This document shows positions 10,400 to 19,520 of a DNA stretch of 64,000 nucleotides, in pieces. The notes beneath the pieces are model-generated. The model ran no database searches, had not been told where the DNA came from, and saw only the letters and a list, made by a program, of their open reading frames with translations. The DNA is from a virus: positions 1-64,000 of the IMG/VR virus record IMGVR_UViG_3300021479_000014; one strand, 5' to 3'. The position numbers were made by a program, and so were the translations under genes. How positions within the stretch are numbered: the first letter of the stretch is position 1; each line of letters starts with the position of its first letter.

Positions 10400-10819
10400 C
10401 TATGGAGGAAGTAGTACCCATGCACCATTTTGGCGAATATACATGTTACCGTCACTTGGTGCATCTTCTATACCAGCTGCGCCGCCGCCTGGTGGTAGTG
10501 CTGGTACCCATTGCGTAGAATTACCATCATCATATAATATATAAAGAACAGCATCATCATTTCTCCACCAAAGTGCTCCTGGTACAGCACCAATTGGTGG
10601 ATTTGTATCAACTGGAACAACAACTCCACCACTAATAACAGGAACAATGCCTACCCAAACAGCACCATCCCACTCATATGTAGCGCCATTTGGGGCTACA
10701 AATTGATCTCCAATATTAGGATTTTGCGGAAAATCAATTATAGCATACGGTATAGGATTTGGATTTTTTGTGACCGCATATTGCTTATTTTGGCCACGCC
10801 AATCTATTCTCTTTATCAT
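10400..10819 (-). CDS. fibre/whisker protein with C-terminal foldon
   Basis: FPQNPNIGD..YEWDGAVW motif, GALWW motif, IEDAPSDGNMYIRQNGAWVLL. Confidence 0.65.
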   Translation of the reverse strand: MIKRIDWRGQNKQYAVTKNPNPIPYAIIDFPQNPNIGDQFVAPNGATYEWDGAVWVGIVPVISGGVVVPVDTNPPIGAVPGALWWRNDDAVLYILYDDGNSTQWVPALPPGGGAAGIEDAPSDGNMYIRQNGAWVLLPP

Positions 10820-11415
10820 AGCGTCTTTCCAAGATTGACAAAAACCTGATTAGCAGTGAGTGTGCCTATACCAGAACCAACAGAATTTATTGCTAACATA
10901 ACTCCATCAATTGTTGTTCCTGCATCAGCAACAGTTGTTGTATAAGTATTAGCTGATGCTCCAACAATACTAACACCATTACGTCTCCAAGTATACATAT
11001 AAGATGTTGGATTATTTGTCCATAATCCAGTACTCATAGACAATGTAGCGCCAGGACTAACAGAGCCAGCAGGAGTTATTCTTGGCAGAACAACATTAAC
11101 TGGAGGGTTAATTGGCGCAATGCCAACATCCCAAACTGGCATTCCTACTGGAGAGTTATAAACTGGAATTGCACCGGCATTTTGACCTTGATCATTAGGC
11201 CATCTGCCTTCAGCATCTGGTGCGCTGCCTGTTGCTACCACTCTAACAGGAATTGGTCCTGAATCTGCTGCTATTGGCGCGGCTCCGAAAGAGACTGGAA
11301 TTCCACCATTATTTTGTTTATTTGGCCAAGGCGGACCAATAGGTGGTGTAGGCACAATATATACTGGAATTGCTCCAGCAGCATTACGCCTATCATTTGA
11401 ATAGTTATATGACAT
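10816..11415 (-). CDS. virion decoration protein with Ig-like domain
   Basis: GAIPVY repeats; PVNVVLPRIT..GATLS.STG.W..Y.Y.WRRNG..I.GA..TYT Ig-like motif. Confidence 0.65.
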   Translation of the reverse strand: MSYNYSNDRRNAAGAIPVYIVPTPPIGPPWPNKQNNGGIPVSFGAAPIAADSGPIPVRVVATGSAPDAEGRWPNDQGQNAGAIPVYNSPVGMPVWDVGIAPINPPVNVVLPRITPAGSVSPGATLSMSTGLWTNNPTSYMYTWRRNGVSIVGASANTYTTTVADAGTTIDGVMLAINSVGSGIGTLTANQVFVNLGKTL

Positions 11416-11888
11416 TAATATGTTAGTCCCCACATAGAACCAACACTCTGTGCCAAACCTAGATAAACACGTCCCCAAGGAGTTTTGAGCTGCTGTAAAT
11501 CAGCAATCGTTAAATTCTCCATAGCAGACAAAAGTTGCACGCTGGCCTCTGTACCTTGATCCTGGGCTTGATTTACTAAGCCAGGCAAGAAGCTATTAAC
11601 TCCCATAGAATTTCTTAAATCTGCCCAATAAGTATTATTAGGAGGTTGTAAATTGGGATTATCCTGTGCCATTTGAACTAAATAATCGCCACCTAAATTA
11701 TAAACACATTGAGTATAAACTATTCCGCTTGCCCATTCTATATATCTATTCACTATTTCTATAGACAAATCATACGACAATTCAATATATGGACTATTAT
11801 CTGGCAATACAATTTTTGGAACCGCCATAATTTCACGGATCCAAAACAAATATCCCGGCAGAGTTGGTTGCCTTTCTCCTATCATCAA
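11415..11888 (-). CDS. head-tail adaptor (DUF4054-like)
   Basis: 157 aa, LKTPWGRVYL motif. Confidence 0.65.
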   Translation of the reverse strand: MMIGERQPTLPGYLFWIREIMAVPKIVLPDNSPYIELSYDLSIEIVNRYIEWASGIVYTQCVYNLGGDYLVQMAQDNPNLQPPNNTYWADLRNSMGVNSFLPGLVNQAQDQGTEASVQLLSAMENLTIADLQQLKTPWGRVYLGLAQSVGSMWGLTY

Positions 11889-12451
11889 AATACAGCTTTT
11901 TTAATTATTGGTTTAGGACGAATAAAATCAGTTATAATTCCGAGTGGGCTCTTAGCCGTTGGGTCTTGCGGCGCACCACGCTCTTTGGAACGTGTAATCG
12001 TAATCTTTTCAGCTATTGTTGGATCACGATCTTTTGCAGGTTTCTCAGTAATTTCCATTTCAAAACTTGTAAGCTTTTCCTGAGCATTTTCTTCTATCAT
12101 AGCGTTAACAGCCACTGCTGCTTCTGCTCGAAGTTTTTCACCCTTAACCTTTTGAACTTCTCTATTGTGAATAACAAGCTCAGCAATAATCTCAGCAGAT
12201 ACTGGAGTATCAATAGAATAGACATAAGGAATGAAAAATCCACGAAATTGATCTAATTCATTAGATCTAATCATTCCATATTTTTGATGAAATTGAGCAA
12301 TAATATCAATTTGCTTTTCGTTTAATTCTCCAGAAATTCTAATCTGCCCACCAATAGGTATCATTTGTTGTCGATAGGTTTTATATTCAGGCAACCGATA
12401 TTGGAAATCAATGCTCTGATGTGTACCATTAGCAACAAACATTTTACTCAT
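11885..12451 (-). CDS. head-associated hypothetical protein
   Basis: Follows capsid; AGGA RBS before ATG 12451. Confidence 0.6.
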   Translation of the reverse strand: MSKMFVANGTHQSIDFQYRLPEYKTYRQQMIPIGGQIRISGELNEKQIDIIAQFHQKYGMIRSNELDQFRGFFIPYVYSIDTPVSAEIIAELVIHNREVQKVKGEKLRAEAAVAVNAMIEENAQEKLTSFEMEITEKPAKDRDPTIAEKITITRSKERGAPQDPTAKSPLGIITDFIRPKPIIKKAVF

Positions 12452-12463
12452 TTCACAATTCCT

Positions 12464-12513
12464 ACTGCTACTAGGAGGGGCGACCACAAGGGTAGCAGTC
12501 TCATGATCGCCCC
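12464..12513 (-). ncRNA. H-type pseudoknot after capsid gene
   Basis: 14-bp stem GGGGCGATCATGAG/CTTGTGGTCGCCCC; loop ACTGCTAC pairs with downstream GTAGCAGT. Confidence 0.6.
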
Positions 12514-12557
12514 ATTATCCGACGTTCGAGAAAAAATATCTCTACTAGCCGAATTGG

Positions 12558-13586
12558 TTATTGATAGAGCATCGTCATAATTGTAATTGTTTCAGGACGA
12601 ACAGCCCAACCAGATGTGATGCGCCACTCGGAAAGAACGTCAATGGCGCCGCCAGCAAGAGGAGTTGGAATCTCACGAGGCGCTGCCATATCAGAGTACA
12701 TCAAGGTGCAAGCCTCAATGCCGGGCGCAATTTTGGCGATTTCGTTTGTGTTGATCTTGCTACCAACCGGCTTTTTCACTTCCGGCATAACAAGAATAAC
12801 GGCGTCATTATCGCCGCCACCAACACCTTGACCGATCAAAGTATCGTCATAAACCCAAGTAAACGTATCGTCGTTCATATCCAGGATGCCTTGCACCATC
12901 CCTTTGGTTGTCACAGAACCTGCGCCTTCGCGTTGGAACTGAACAATCTGGACGATATTTTGGTATTCCATAGCCGCCAAAGTTCTCTGCGGCCCAAGAA
13001 TAACAAAATGGCGACCAATTCCGAGCTGATTGCATCTTGTCTTGAGAGCAGAGATTTGCGTGAGAAGCCATACGCCAAGCTCGCCATTATCATAGGTAAC
13101 GATAGTATCGTTACCGTTGCTATCAGGCGGAAGAGGAACTGAAACTGCTCCTTGCGCATTGAGTAGTCCTTCTCCATTAATAGGATTAAGACCATACAAG
13201 AGCGCGTTGCGCGCGAGTTGGAAATGACCTTGTCTCATGCCGAGGCGCTGTGCCTCAACCATATTGACGCCCCACTTGCCCATCGCCGCGGTGTCGTGAT
13301 GATCATATTCAGCACGCACTCTCAACAGATAACTCGCTGTTGAGATCATTGACATTGCAATGCTAACGCTGGGTAGCATGTTGTAAGCAGCCTGACCAGC
13401 AGCCATCCGCGTGCGAACGTCGAGACGCTTCATATAAACATAAAGGTCTCCATCACCCAATCTGACAAGAGGTTCTTCTCCAGCCAAAGTGCTAAAAGCC
13501 CCAGACGCTTGCACATAGGGCAGAATGATGCCTGGTTCAACGAACGACGGATTGACAATGACATAAGAAGGAGTGGCGCCAGCCAT
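12558..13586 (-). CDS. major capsid protein
   Basis: 342 aa; LYGLNPINGEGLLNA and GWAVRPETI motifs; position after protease and decoration genes. Confidence 0.85.
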   Translation of the reverse strand: MAGATPSYVIVNPSFVEPGIILPYVQASGAFSTLAGEEPLVRLGDGDLYVYMKRLDVRTRMAAGQAAYNMLPSVSIAMSMISTASYLLRVRAEYDHHDTAAMGKWGVNMVEAQRLGMRQGHFQLARNALLYGLNPINGEGLLNAQGAVSVPLPPDSNGNDTIVTYDNGELGVWLLTQISALKTRCNQLGIGRHFVILGPQRTLAAMEYQNIVQIVQFQREGAGSVTTKGMVQGILDMNDDTFTWVYDDTLIGQGVGGGDNDAVILVMPEVKKPVGSKINTNEIAKIAPGIEACTLMYSDMAAPREIPTPLAGGAIDVLSEWRITSGWAVRPETITIMTMLYQ

Positions 13587-13642
13587 GTTAAGTTCACCTC
13601 ATATTTGGAGGCGGGTTGCGCCTCAGTTACGGAGACTTGTGG

Positions 13643-14284
13643 TCAGATTTCAAGAAGGATAGCGTTGCCGTTACGAACCCAATTCGCAAAGCCTGTGGCA
13701 GGATCATAGGCGACAACCATAGAATTACCCATGTTGTAACCGATAATCTTGCATCCATTCAGCGGAATACCACCAGCAGCACCATTGACCCATTGATTCA
13801 CAGGATCAAAGAAGAAGCTGACAGCAGGAGGAACTGCTGGACCCGCAATTGGTAGGCCAGGAGGAGCAATGACAGGATTAAATGCCGGATCCATTGCCAG
13901 AGCAATACGCGCTCTACTACCAAACCTGTAGAAGTTCACAAGCATGCCAATGTCTGCTTGTGGCACATTGCTCTGCGGGCTATTAATCATAGCGTGGTTT
14001 TGATTGAACACGCTAATTCCAGAGGCAGGAATTGCAACAGTCGCACGCATAATGGAATTCTGCAATGATGGATCCCATAAATTACCTGTGGGAGGAATAA
14101 ACTCAGCAATTGGCACGCCACCGAACATAGGAAGCGTTTCGGTAGGCGCTAATTGACCTCCTGTCAATTGATATCTGACAGCAGGATCGTCCATCGCCAT
14201 ACCCTGCATAAGTCCATCGAGACTTACGGTAAAGGTACCAGCGGCATTTGTGGTAAGAACAGGATTAATCGAGATCATAACCAA
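13643..14284 (-). CDS. capsid decoration/cement protein
   Basis: 213 aa between protease and capsid. Confidence 0.65.
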   Translation of the reverse strand: MVMISINPVLTTNAAGTFTVSLDGLMQGMAMDDPAVRYQLTGGQLAPTETLPMFGGVPIAEFIPPTGNLWDPSLQNSIMRATVAIPASGISVFNQNHAMINSPQSNVPQADIGMLVNFYRFGSRARIALAMDPAFNPVIAPPGLPIAGPAVPPAVSFFFDPVNQWVNGAAGGIPLNGCKIIGYNMGNSMVVAYDPATGFANWVRNGNAILLEI

Positions 14285-14318
14285 AGCTCCTTAATTTTTG
14301 TGATGCTCCTTGTTGCGC

Positions 14319-16109
14319 TCAACTTCCGTTTTTGATGCCAACTAGCCTCCGTTTTGGGGCAGCGAATTGACTCATCCAAGCGGAAGGTCTGCCGACGAAC
14401 TCAGAAATCTTGCGGCCCGTAACGTCCTCATGGACGATTTCACGCAAGAAGTCGGCATCATCACTAACAGGATGCAACCCAGCTTGTTCTGCATCGGCAT
14501 AGATTGTGGTCTCGATATTGCCAAATGCAGCATCGTCGGAAATGACCTTAAGGTCAATATCCTTCCAAGCCTTGGAATGTTCCTTTAGGCCATTCGCAAG
14601 GCGACGACGATACGCGATCAATGTTTCTCCATCGAGCGCGCGCGGAGCTTTGCCGCCATGCATGGCGTAAACTCGATCTGCTTTGACCTGAGAATCAGCC
14701 ATTGCAGCATAGTCTGCGTCCGTCATTTGACGGGGAAGTTTGGCTGCAACGTCAGCAACGCTCTTTCTGACTTCCTCGATGGCGTCAGCGCGCTTCTTCT
14801 CTGCTTCTTCAGCATCGGTTTTGGCTTTGGCTTCAGCATCGGCCTTGGCCTTAGCGTCAGCCTTTTCCTTTTCCTCAGCATCCTTCTTCTTCATTTCTTC
14901 TTCGCTCATATCAGCACGAGCTTTGGCATCTGCTTTCGCTTTGGCCTCAGCATCTGCCTTTTCTTTTTCTTTTGCGTCCCATGCATCAGAAACAGTCTGT
15001 TTGACTGAATCCTTAATTGCATCAGCGAAGGAGGCAAAGTAAGAATCAAATCTTGCCTTGTCAGCCTTTTCTTTTTCTTCTGCGTCGGCCTTGGCCTTTG
15101 CTTCATCTGCCTTACGAGCGGCTTCAAGGGCCGCAGCCTTATCGTCGTCAGCCATAACTATTTCCTTTTCGATGCTTGCGGTCACTACGCCACTCGGCGG
15201 TCTACCTTTGTCCCATACACCCACAAAACATATCGCAATGTGGTCAAGTAGTCTTGGTTTACCTTCAATTAGTAATTTGCTACCACTCTTTAACTTAATT
15301 TTCTGATCTTCACCAGTTAAAACCACACAAGGCGAAGTAGAAAGTTGATTCTCTTCCATTAATTTTGCGGCATGTTCGTCCCAAACTTTGACGATTGCCC
15401 AGACTTCATCCCCTTTAATATAAGGAATAAATACTGAACCTACATTTCTATTCACATATTCTGTGGTAGTTAATGTAGATGTTCCAGGATGTTCAAATAT
15501 AACAGGAAGTCCATTACACCTTTCAAGAAATTCTTGATTAAGATAAATGTCTTTGTCGCGCCACACATGCTCTTTAATGCCACTACGATATGATAATCCA
15601 GTCCCTGTAATTCTAATATCAAACATAGTTATATTGGCATAATGCTGCGGTGAGGTTAACTCACCAGCTGCCATTAACTTAGCAATACCTAATTCATCAG
15701 CGTGTAATTTCTTCAAACTAACAACTAAACCAGGATGCAATGGTTCTGGAGGATTATCTAGCGGCGCCCAAATATAAGAATTATGCTCACTATGTAACTT
15801 GGGTGGAGTAAATTTTTTATCTACTTCTTGGATAAATGTAGTATAATCAACCTCTCTAGTTGGATCTTCACCATTTCCTTCTATTGTGGATTTTCTACGG
15901 GAGAGTTCAAATAGTTCTCCAGAAGGGTAAAATCCAATCTCTTCAGAACACTCTCTAATAGCTGCTTCTGTTGAGGTTTCTCCATTCTCTCGTTTGCCGC
16001 CAGGTAGATCGTAATATCCAGGAAAATCTCCTGATTCAGAACGTTCAAGGAATAATGACTTCTTGTCAGGGGTAACAAATAAGATCCCGGCTGCATAGAT
16101 GGTCTCCAT
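14319..16109 (-). CDS. Nudix hydrolase-DUF2213 prohead protease/scaffold fusion
   Basis: Nudix box GGKRENGETSTEAAIRECSEEIG; DUF2213 motifs NGLPVIFEHP and LDHIAIC..GVWDKG; KADA-repeat scaffold. Confidence 0.85.
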   Translation of the reverse strand: METIYAAGILFVTPDKKSLFLERSESGDFPGYYDLPGGKRENGETSTEAAIRECSEEIGFYPSGELFELSRRKSTIEGNGEDPTREVDYTTFIQEVDKKFTPPKLHSEHNSYIWAPLDNPPEPLHPGLVVSLKKLHADELGIAKLMAAGELTSPQHYANITMFDIRITGTGLSYRSGIKEHVWRDKDIYLNQEFLERCNGLPVIFEHPGTSTLTTTEYVNRNVGSVFIPYIKGDEVWAIVKVWDEHAAKLMEENQLSTSPCVVLTGEDQKIKLKSGSKLLIEGKPRLLDHIAICFVGVWDKGRPPSGVVTASIEKEIVMADDDKAAALEAARKADEAKAKADAEEKEKADKARFDSYFASFADAIKDSVKQTVSDAWDAKEKEKADAEAKAKADAKARADMSEEEMKKKDAEEKEKADAKAKADAEAKAKTDAEEAEKKRADAIEEVRKSVADVAAKLPRQMTDADYAAMADSQVKADRVYAMHGGKAPRALDGETLIAYRRRLANGLKEHSKAWKDIDLKVISDDAAFGNIETTIYADAEQAGLHPVSDDADFLREIVHEDVTGRKISEFVGRPSAWMSQFAAPKRRLVGIKNGS

Positions 16110-16282
16110 CAGACGGGGTTTCTTTTACTCAATCCACCAGTACGAAGTTCTTCACGTTCTGTTGAATCTTGCTCACTCTCAGTTTCATCATCATCCTTCT
16201 TAGGAGGAATTTCACAATCCTTTCCTAAGATAGAATCAAGTTTTGCATCCAGCTTCTTAAGATGTTCAGGAGAGCATGGCAT
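16109..16282 (-). CDS. 57-aa acidic hypothetical protein
   Basis: MPCSPEHLKKLDAKLDSIL..., TGATG overlap with protease start; not in ORF track. Confidence 0.55.
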   Translation of the reverse strand: MPCSPEHLKKLDAKLDSILGKDCEIPPKKDDDETESEQDSTEREELRTGGLSKRNPV

Positions 16283-16465
16283 TTAGAACCTCAGATATCC
16301 TGATAGGAGTAAAATAACCAAGATAATAAGAAGAATACCAACAATGCCAATTCCTGTATGTCCGTACCCATAACCATATTGCCATCGTCCAATATATGGG
16401 CCTCCAACTCCTCCAAGAAGAACAATAATAAGTATGACGATGAGAACTATACCAAGTGGGCTCAT
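16283..16465 (-). CDS. DUF3309-like small membrane protein
   Basis: Two hydrophobic helices around GG..W.YGYGYG. Confidence 0.7.
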   Translation of the reverse strand: MSPLGIVLIVILIIVLLGGVGGPYIGRWQYGYGYGHTGIGIVGILLIILVILLLSGYLRF

Positions 16466-18036
16466 TGGGCTTCAGTCGTCTGTTGAGCTGGTAAACGCTG
16501 TCTTGCACGCCTATTTTCAATTTCAGTAAGCAAATCTACCACTGCTTCTTCCATTGAATCAATCTTTGTTCCACCACTTTTACCCAGTGGACCCATCTTA
16601 AATGATGGCTTCTTTGCTCCTGGTGCGCCACCAGCTCCTTCTTCAACAGGAGGCTTATATTTAGCCAATTTTTCGTAATCAAGTATAAGCGGAGATGGAA
16701 AAAGTACCTTCAAATCGTTGAAATTGTCTGCTGCCCACTCGTAAATATCAGCTTTATTGTCATCATCAGAGACCGGAAGCAGAATTTCAAGCATAGAAAG
16801 TATGGCGCGCAACTTAACGTTGGCAACTTTAATCTTTTCTGAGTCAGGTTCAGTCAAAAGTGATGGCCAAATCGCAATAAAGTGATTTGACCATTCGGTA
16901 AAAGCCTGATTGTAGCTCTTTTTCTTGTATTCGTCAGGAAAATCGTTTTGAACTGTTTCGTAAAAATCAATATTCCAAGCTCTATGTTGCACTATTCTAG
17001 TGAAAAAATTGTATAAACCCTGCATAGATTCACGTAATTTATCAATATAACGTGCTATCGCTTTGGCATCTTCCTCACCTTCAGCAAAGGCAACCGCTAA
17101 TGTTTCAGAATTTACTAATTTTGCTGGCATACCTGCTGCTGCTGCTATATTTTCAAGTATGTTTTTTCGTGCTGTGCGTGATGAGTTGTCTATATTCTGT
17201 AAATTTAATGATTCGACCTCTTCGTCAATACCGATATTCATTACAGAGCCGGTCATTGCCTCCTTAAGCATACCACGCTTAATGCCAGCAATGCGCTGCA
17301 TAACGTCATTTATGATAGAACCAGGCGCTTTTAGCTTTGCAATAATTACACCAGCTTTTTTCGTCACTAAATCATCAGTAATCATCGACTGTAAGAATGA
17401 TTTAAGTGGAAAAAGCGCGCGCTGATATACAGAGCGGCCAACATAACCCCAAGCTGAAGTAGTATAATCAAGATAAATTGGATCTTCATTCTGATAAATA
17501 CTAGTTCTGTTAAAATGATAAGATTGCCCTTGTACAGAAATGGTTAAAGGCTTCAAAAATGTTGGAGAATTTGGATTTTGATTTAAAACTAAGCTTCCTG
17601 CTGTATTTAATGGATCAAAAACGTTGAAAGTAATTGGTTTATTGGCTAAACTTGCAAAATCTAATGGTTTTGTAGGATCTTCATTTGGAATCATTAACGC
17701 TACAGATGCAATTCCATAAATTCTTGCTAATCTTACCACATTTGCAATAATTCTATCAGCATCTATCTTTTGCCATTCATCTGTAAATGCTTTTCTAACG
17801 CGATCTTCTGGAGAACCAGGTATATTTATCTTTCTTCCTTGTGATTGCGCTAATTGTACTGGAACATCTACAAGTTTTGCACCATATGGATGATAAGAAT
17901 AGATGAGTTTACATAGCTCATAGGACGCACTCGATCCCAGCTCTATGTTATCAGCCATCAAAATTTGCATCAAAGGGGTGCCTAGCGGCGAACCGCCAAA
18001 CAATCCCCCTTGACTTTCTACGACAGCTTCTGCCAT
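16462..18036 (-). CDS. portal protein (DUF1073 type)
   Basis: 524 aa; ARIYG, WGYVGRSVYQR and IAAAAGMPAKL motifs. Confidence 0.85.
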   Translation of the reverse strand: MAEAVVESQGGLFGGSPLGTPLMQILMADNIELGSSASYELCKLIYSYHPYGAKLVDVPVQLAQSQGRKINIPGSPEDRVRKAFTDEWQKIDADRIIANVVRLARIYGIASVALMIPNEDPTKPLDFASLANKPITFNVFDPLNTAGSLVLNQNPNSPTFLKPLTISVQGQSYHFNRTSIYQNEDPIYLDYTTSAWGYVGRSVYQRALFPLKSFLQSMITDDLVTKKAGVIIAKLKAPGSIINDVMQRIAGIKRGMLKEAMTGSVMNIGIDEEVESLNLQNIDNSSRTARKNILENIAAAAGMPAKLVNSETLAVAFAEGEEDAKAIARYIDKLRESMQGLYNFFTRIVQHRAWNIDFYETVQNDFPDEYKKKSYNQAFTEWSNHFIAIWPSLLTEPDSEKIKVANVKLRAILSMLEILLPVSDDDNKADIYEWAADNFNDLKVLFPSPLILDYEKLAKYKPPVEEGAGGAPGAKKPSFKMGPLGKSGGTKIDSMEEAVVDLLTEIENRRARQRLPAQQTTEAQ

Positions 18037-18138
18037 TTTCTTCTTGTGCTGAAAAAAGATACGCGGAGGAGGCTGTCAGTCCCCCTTGCCAGTTCACAGA
18101 GTGTTAATTCACCCCGCCGCGCACCATCCCAGTATTAC

Positions 18139-18939
18139 TTACCGACGAGTGGGATCAACTTCCGGCGACCCACCTGGGCGCTGTGGCGGTCGACCACCAA
18201 CTCCACCAGCCGGCGGGGTCGGACGACCAGGAGGAAGCGGTTGACCTGCCGTCGGAGGGCGAACGCCAGGACGACCAGGCGCCATCGGAGGTTGTGGATG
18301 TTCACCTTCGCCGCCTTCACCAGGAGGCTCGCCAGGTTCATTCGGAGGAAGCCCCTGATCAGGATGAACAGGAATTTCCAACACGACGTAACGATAACCG
18401 ACGCCAGAAATCAAAACAAGAACGAGCGTCTTGCCGGCTGGGATAGTTGGCGGAAGTGGCGGCCAAATTGTGCCAGGAGGCGGATCAACCGGAGGAAGTT
18501 CAGGTTCACCAGGCTGCGGAGGCGCGATAGGATGCGTTGGATCGACAGGCCAAGCAGGAATATGGCCTTCATCCACACCGTAGTCTGGATCAACAGGACG
18601 CCCACCCCAACCACCAGGAGGACGATGACCAGGTCGCTCAGGAAATTCTGGACGTTCCCAAGAACCCGGAGGACGATTGCCTGGACGACCAGGACGACCA
18701 GGAAGTCCCTGATCAGGATAGCCGCCGCCACCAACACCCCAATCCGGGTCAACAGGACGACCAGGACGCGACGGGAGATGACCAGGACGGTCGCCTACGC
18801 CACCCCAACCCGGAAGATGACCAGGACGTTCGGGGCGCCCAGGAAGACCTTGGCCAGGTCTGCCACCTTCATCAATACCGTAGTCAGGATCCACCGGACG
18901 GCCCTCCCTATCGAGGAACTGAATATATGCAAAGGGCAT
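18139..18939 (-). CDS. Pro/Gly-rich repeat protein
   Basis: GGAG RBS; three RPVDPD[YW]G repeats, GC-rich. Confidence 0.7.
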   Translation of the reverse strand: MPFAYIQFLDREGRPVDPDYGIDEGGRPGQGLPGRPERPGHLPGWGGVGDRPGHLPSRPGRPVDPDWGVGGGGYPDQGLPGRPGRPGNRPPGSWERPEFPERPGHRPPGGWGGRPVDPDYGVDEGHIPAWPVDPTHPIAPPQPGEPELPPVDPPPGTIWPPLPPTIPAGKTLVLVLISGVGYRYVVLEIPVHPDQGLPPNEPGEPPGEGGEGEHPQPPMAPGRPGVRPPTAGQPLPPGRPTPPAGGVGGRPPQRPGGSPEVDPTRR

Positions 18940-19098
18940 TCATCTTCTCCATTTGGTTTCTGTTGTTAGTCTGGATCTTCAAACACATAGTGTCCCAGAC
19001 AAAAGTGCAGGGTGGTATCTGATCGACGGGAGAGCCGAGACGCACTCAATTGTCGCTAGTTGGGAGGTCTTCACGACAATTTATTACCCTGCTGAAGC

Positions 19099-19308
19099 TT
19101 AAAACTGCCGACCTGTCCTAAAATGATGTTCTTCACTACTAGGCGGTTCGGACTTCTTTGGTGGTTCTGGTTTCTTTTCTGGCTCAGATTTCTTTGGTGG
19201 CTCAGATTTTTTATTCGCTTGCTCATTTTGATAATGAGTAGAATAAGAAATAGCTTTTCTGAGCGCAGGTTGTTGCGCCACAAATCGCTTCCTCTGCTCA
19301 AAGTTCAT
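19099..19308 (-). CDS. hypothetical protein with KKSEP repeats
   Basis: ATGA-coupled; KK[SP]EP[PE] x4. Confidence 0.55.
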   Translation of the reverse strand: MNFEQRKRFVAQQPALRKAISYSTHYQNEQANKKSEPPKKSEPEKKPEPPKKSEPPSSEEHHFRTGRQF

Positions 19309-19520
19309 AGCTTCAGATCCTTTTTAAGCTGTTGCCAAAACTCTTCGCGTTTACCTTCAGCTCTGATCTTCTTAATTTCAATATCCCTAATTATTATATC
19401 AAAGTAACCATCTGGTGCAATAGAAGCAAGATCATCTATTAACCATAACGCACGATCATAATCATGATAGCCTAAAGCTATTATGTGTTCTTCCCATACT
19501 CTTTTAAGACGATCTATCAC
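19305..19520 (-). CDS. hypothetical protein
   Basis: Coupled ORF in operon. Confidence 0.55.
   Translation of the reverse strand: MIDRLKRVWEEHIIALGYHDYDRALWLIDDLASIAPDGYFDIIIRDIEIKKIRAEGKREEFWQQLKKDLKL

Noticed and set aside
16462-18036. Anti-CBASS Acb1 call for the portal
   Set aside because: No HxT phosphoesterase motifs seen; size and position fit a plain DUF1073 portal
18010-18969. 319-aa plus-strand ORF and other overlapping ORFs
   Set aside because: Shadows of the GC-rich Pro/Gly gene; no RBS, antisense to the late operon
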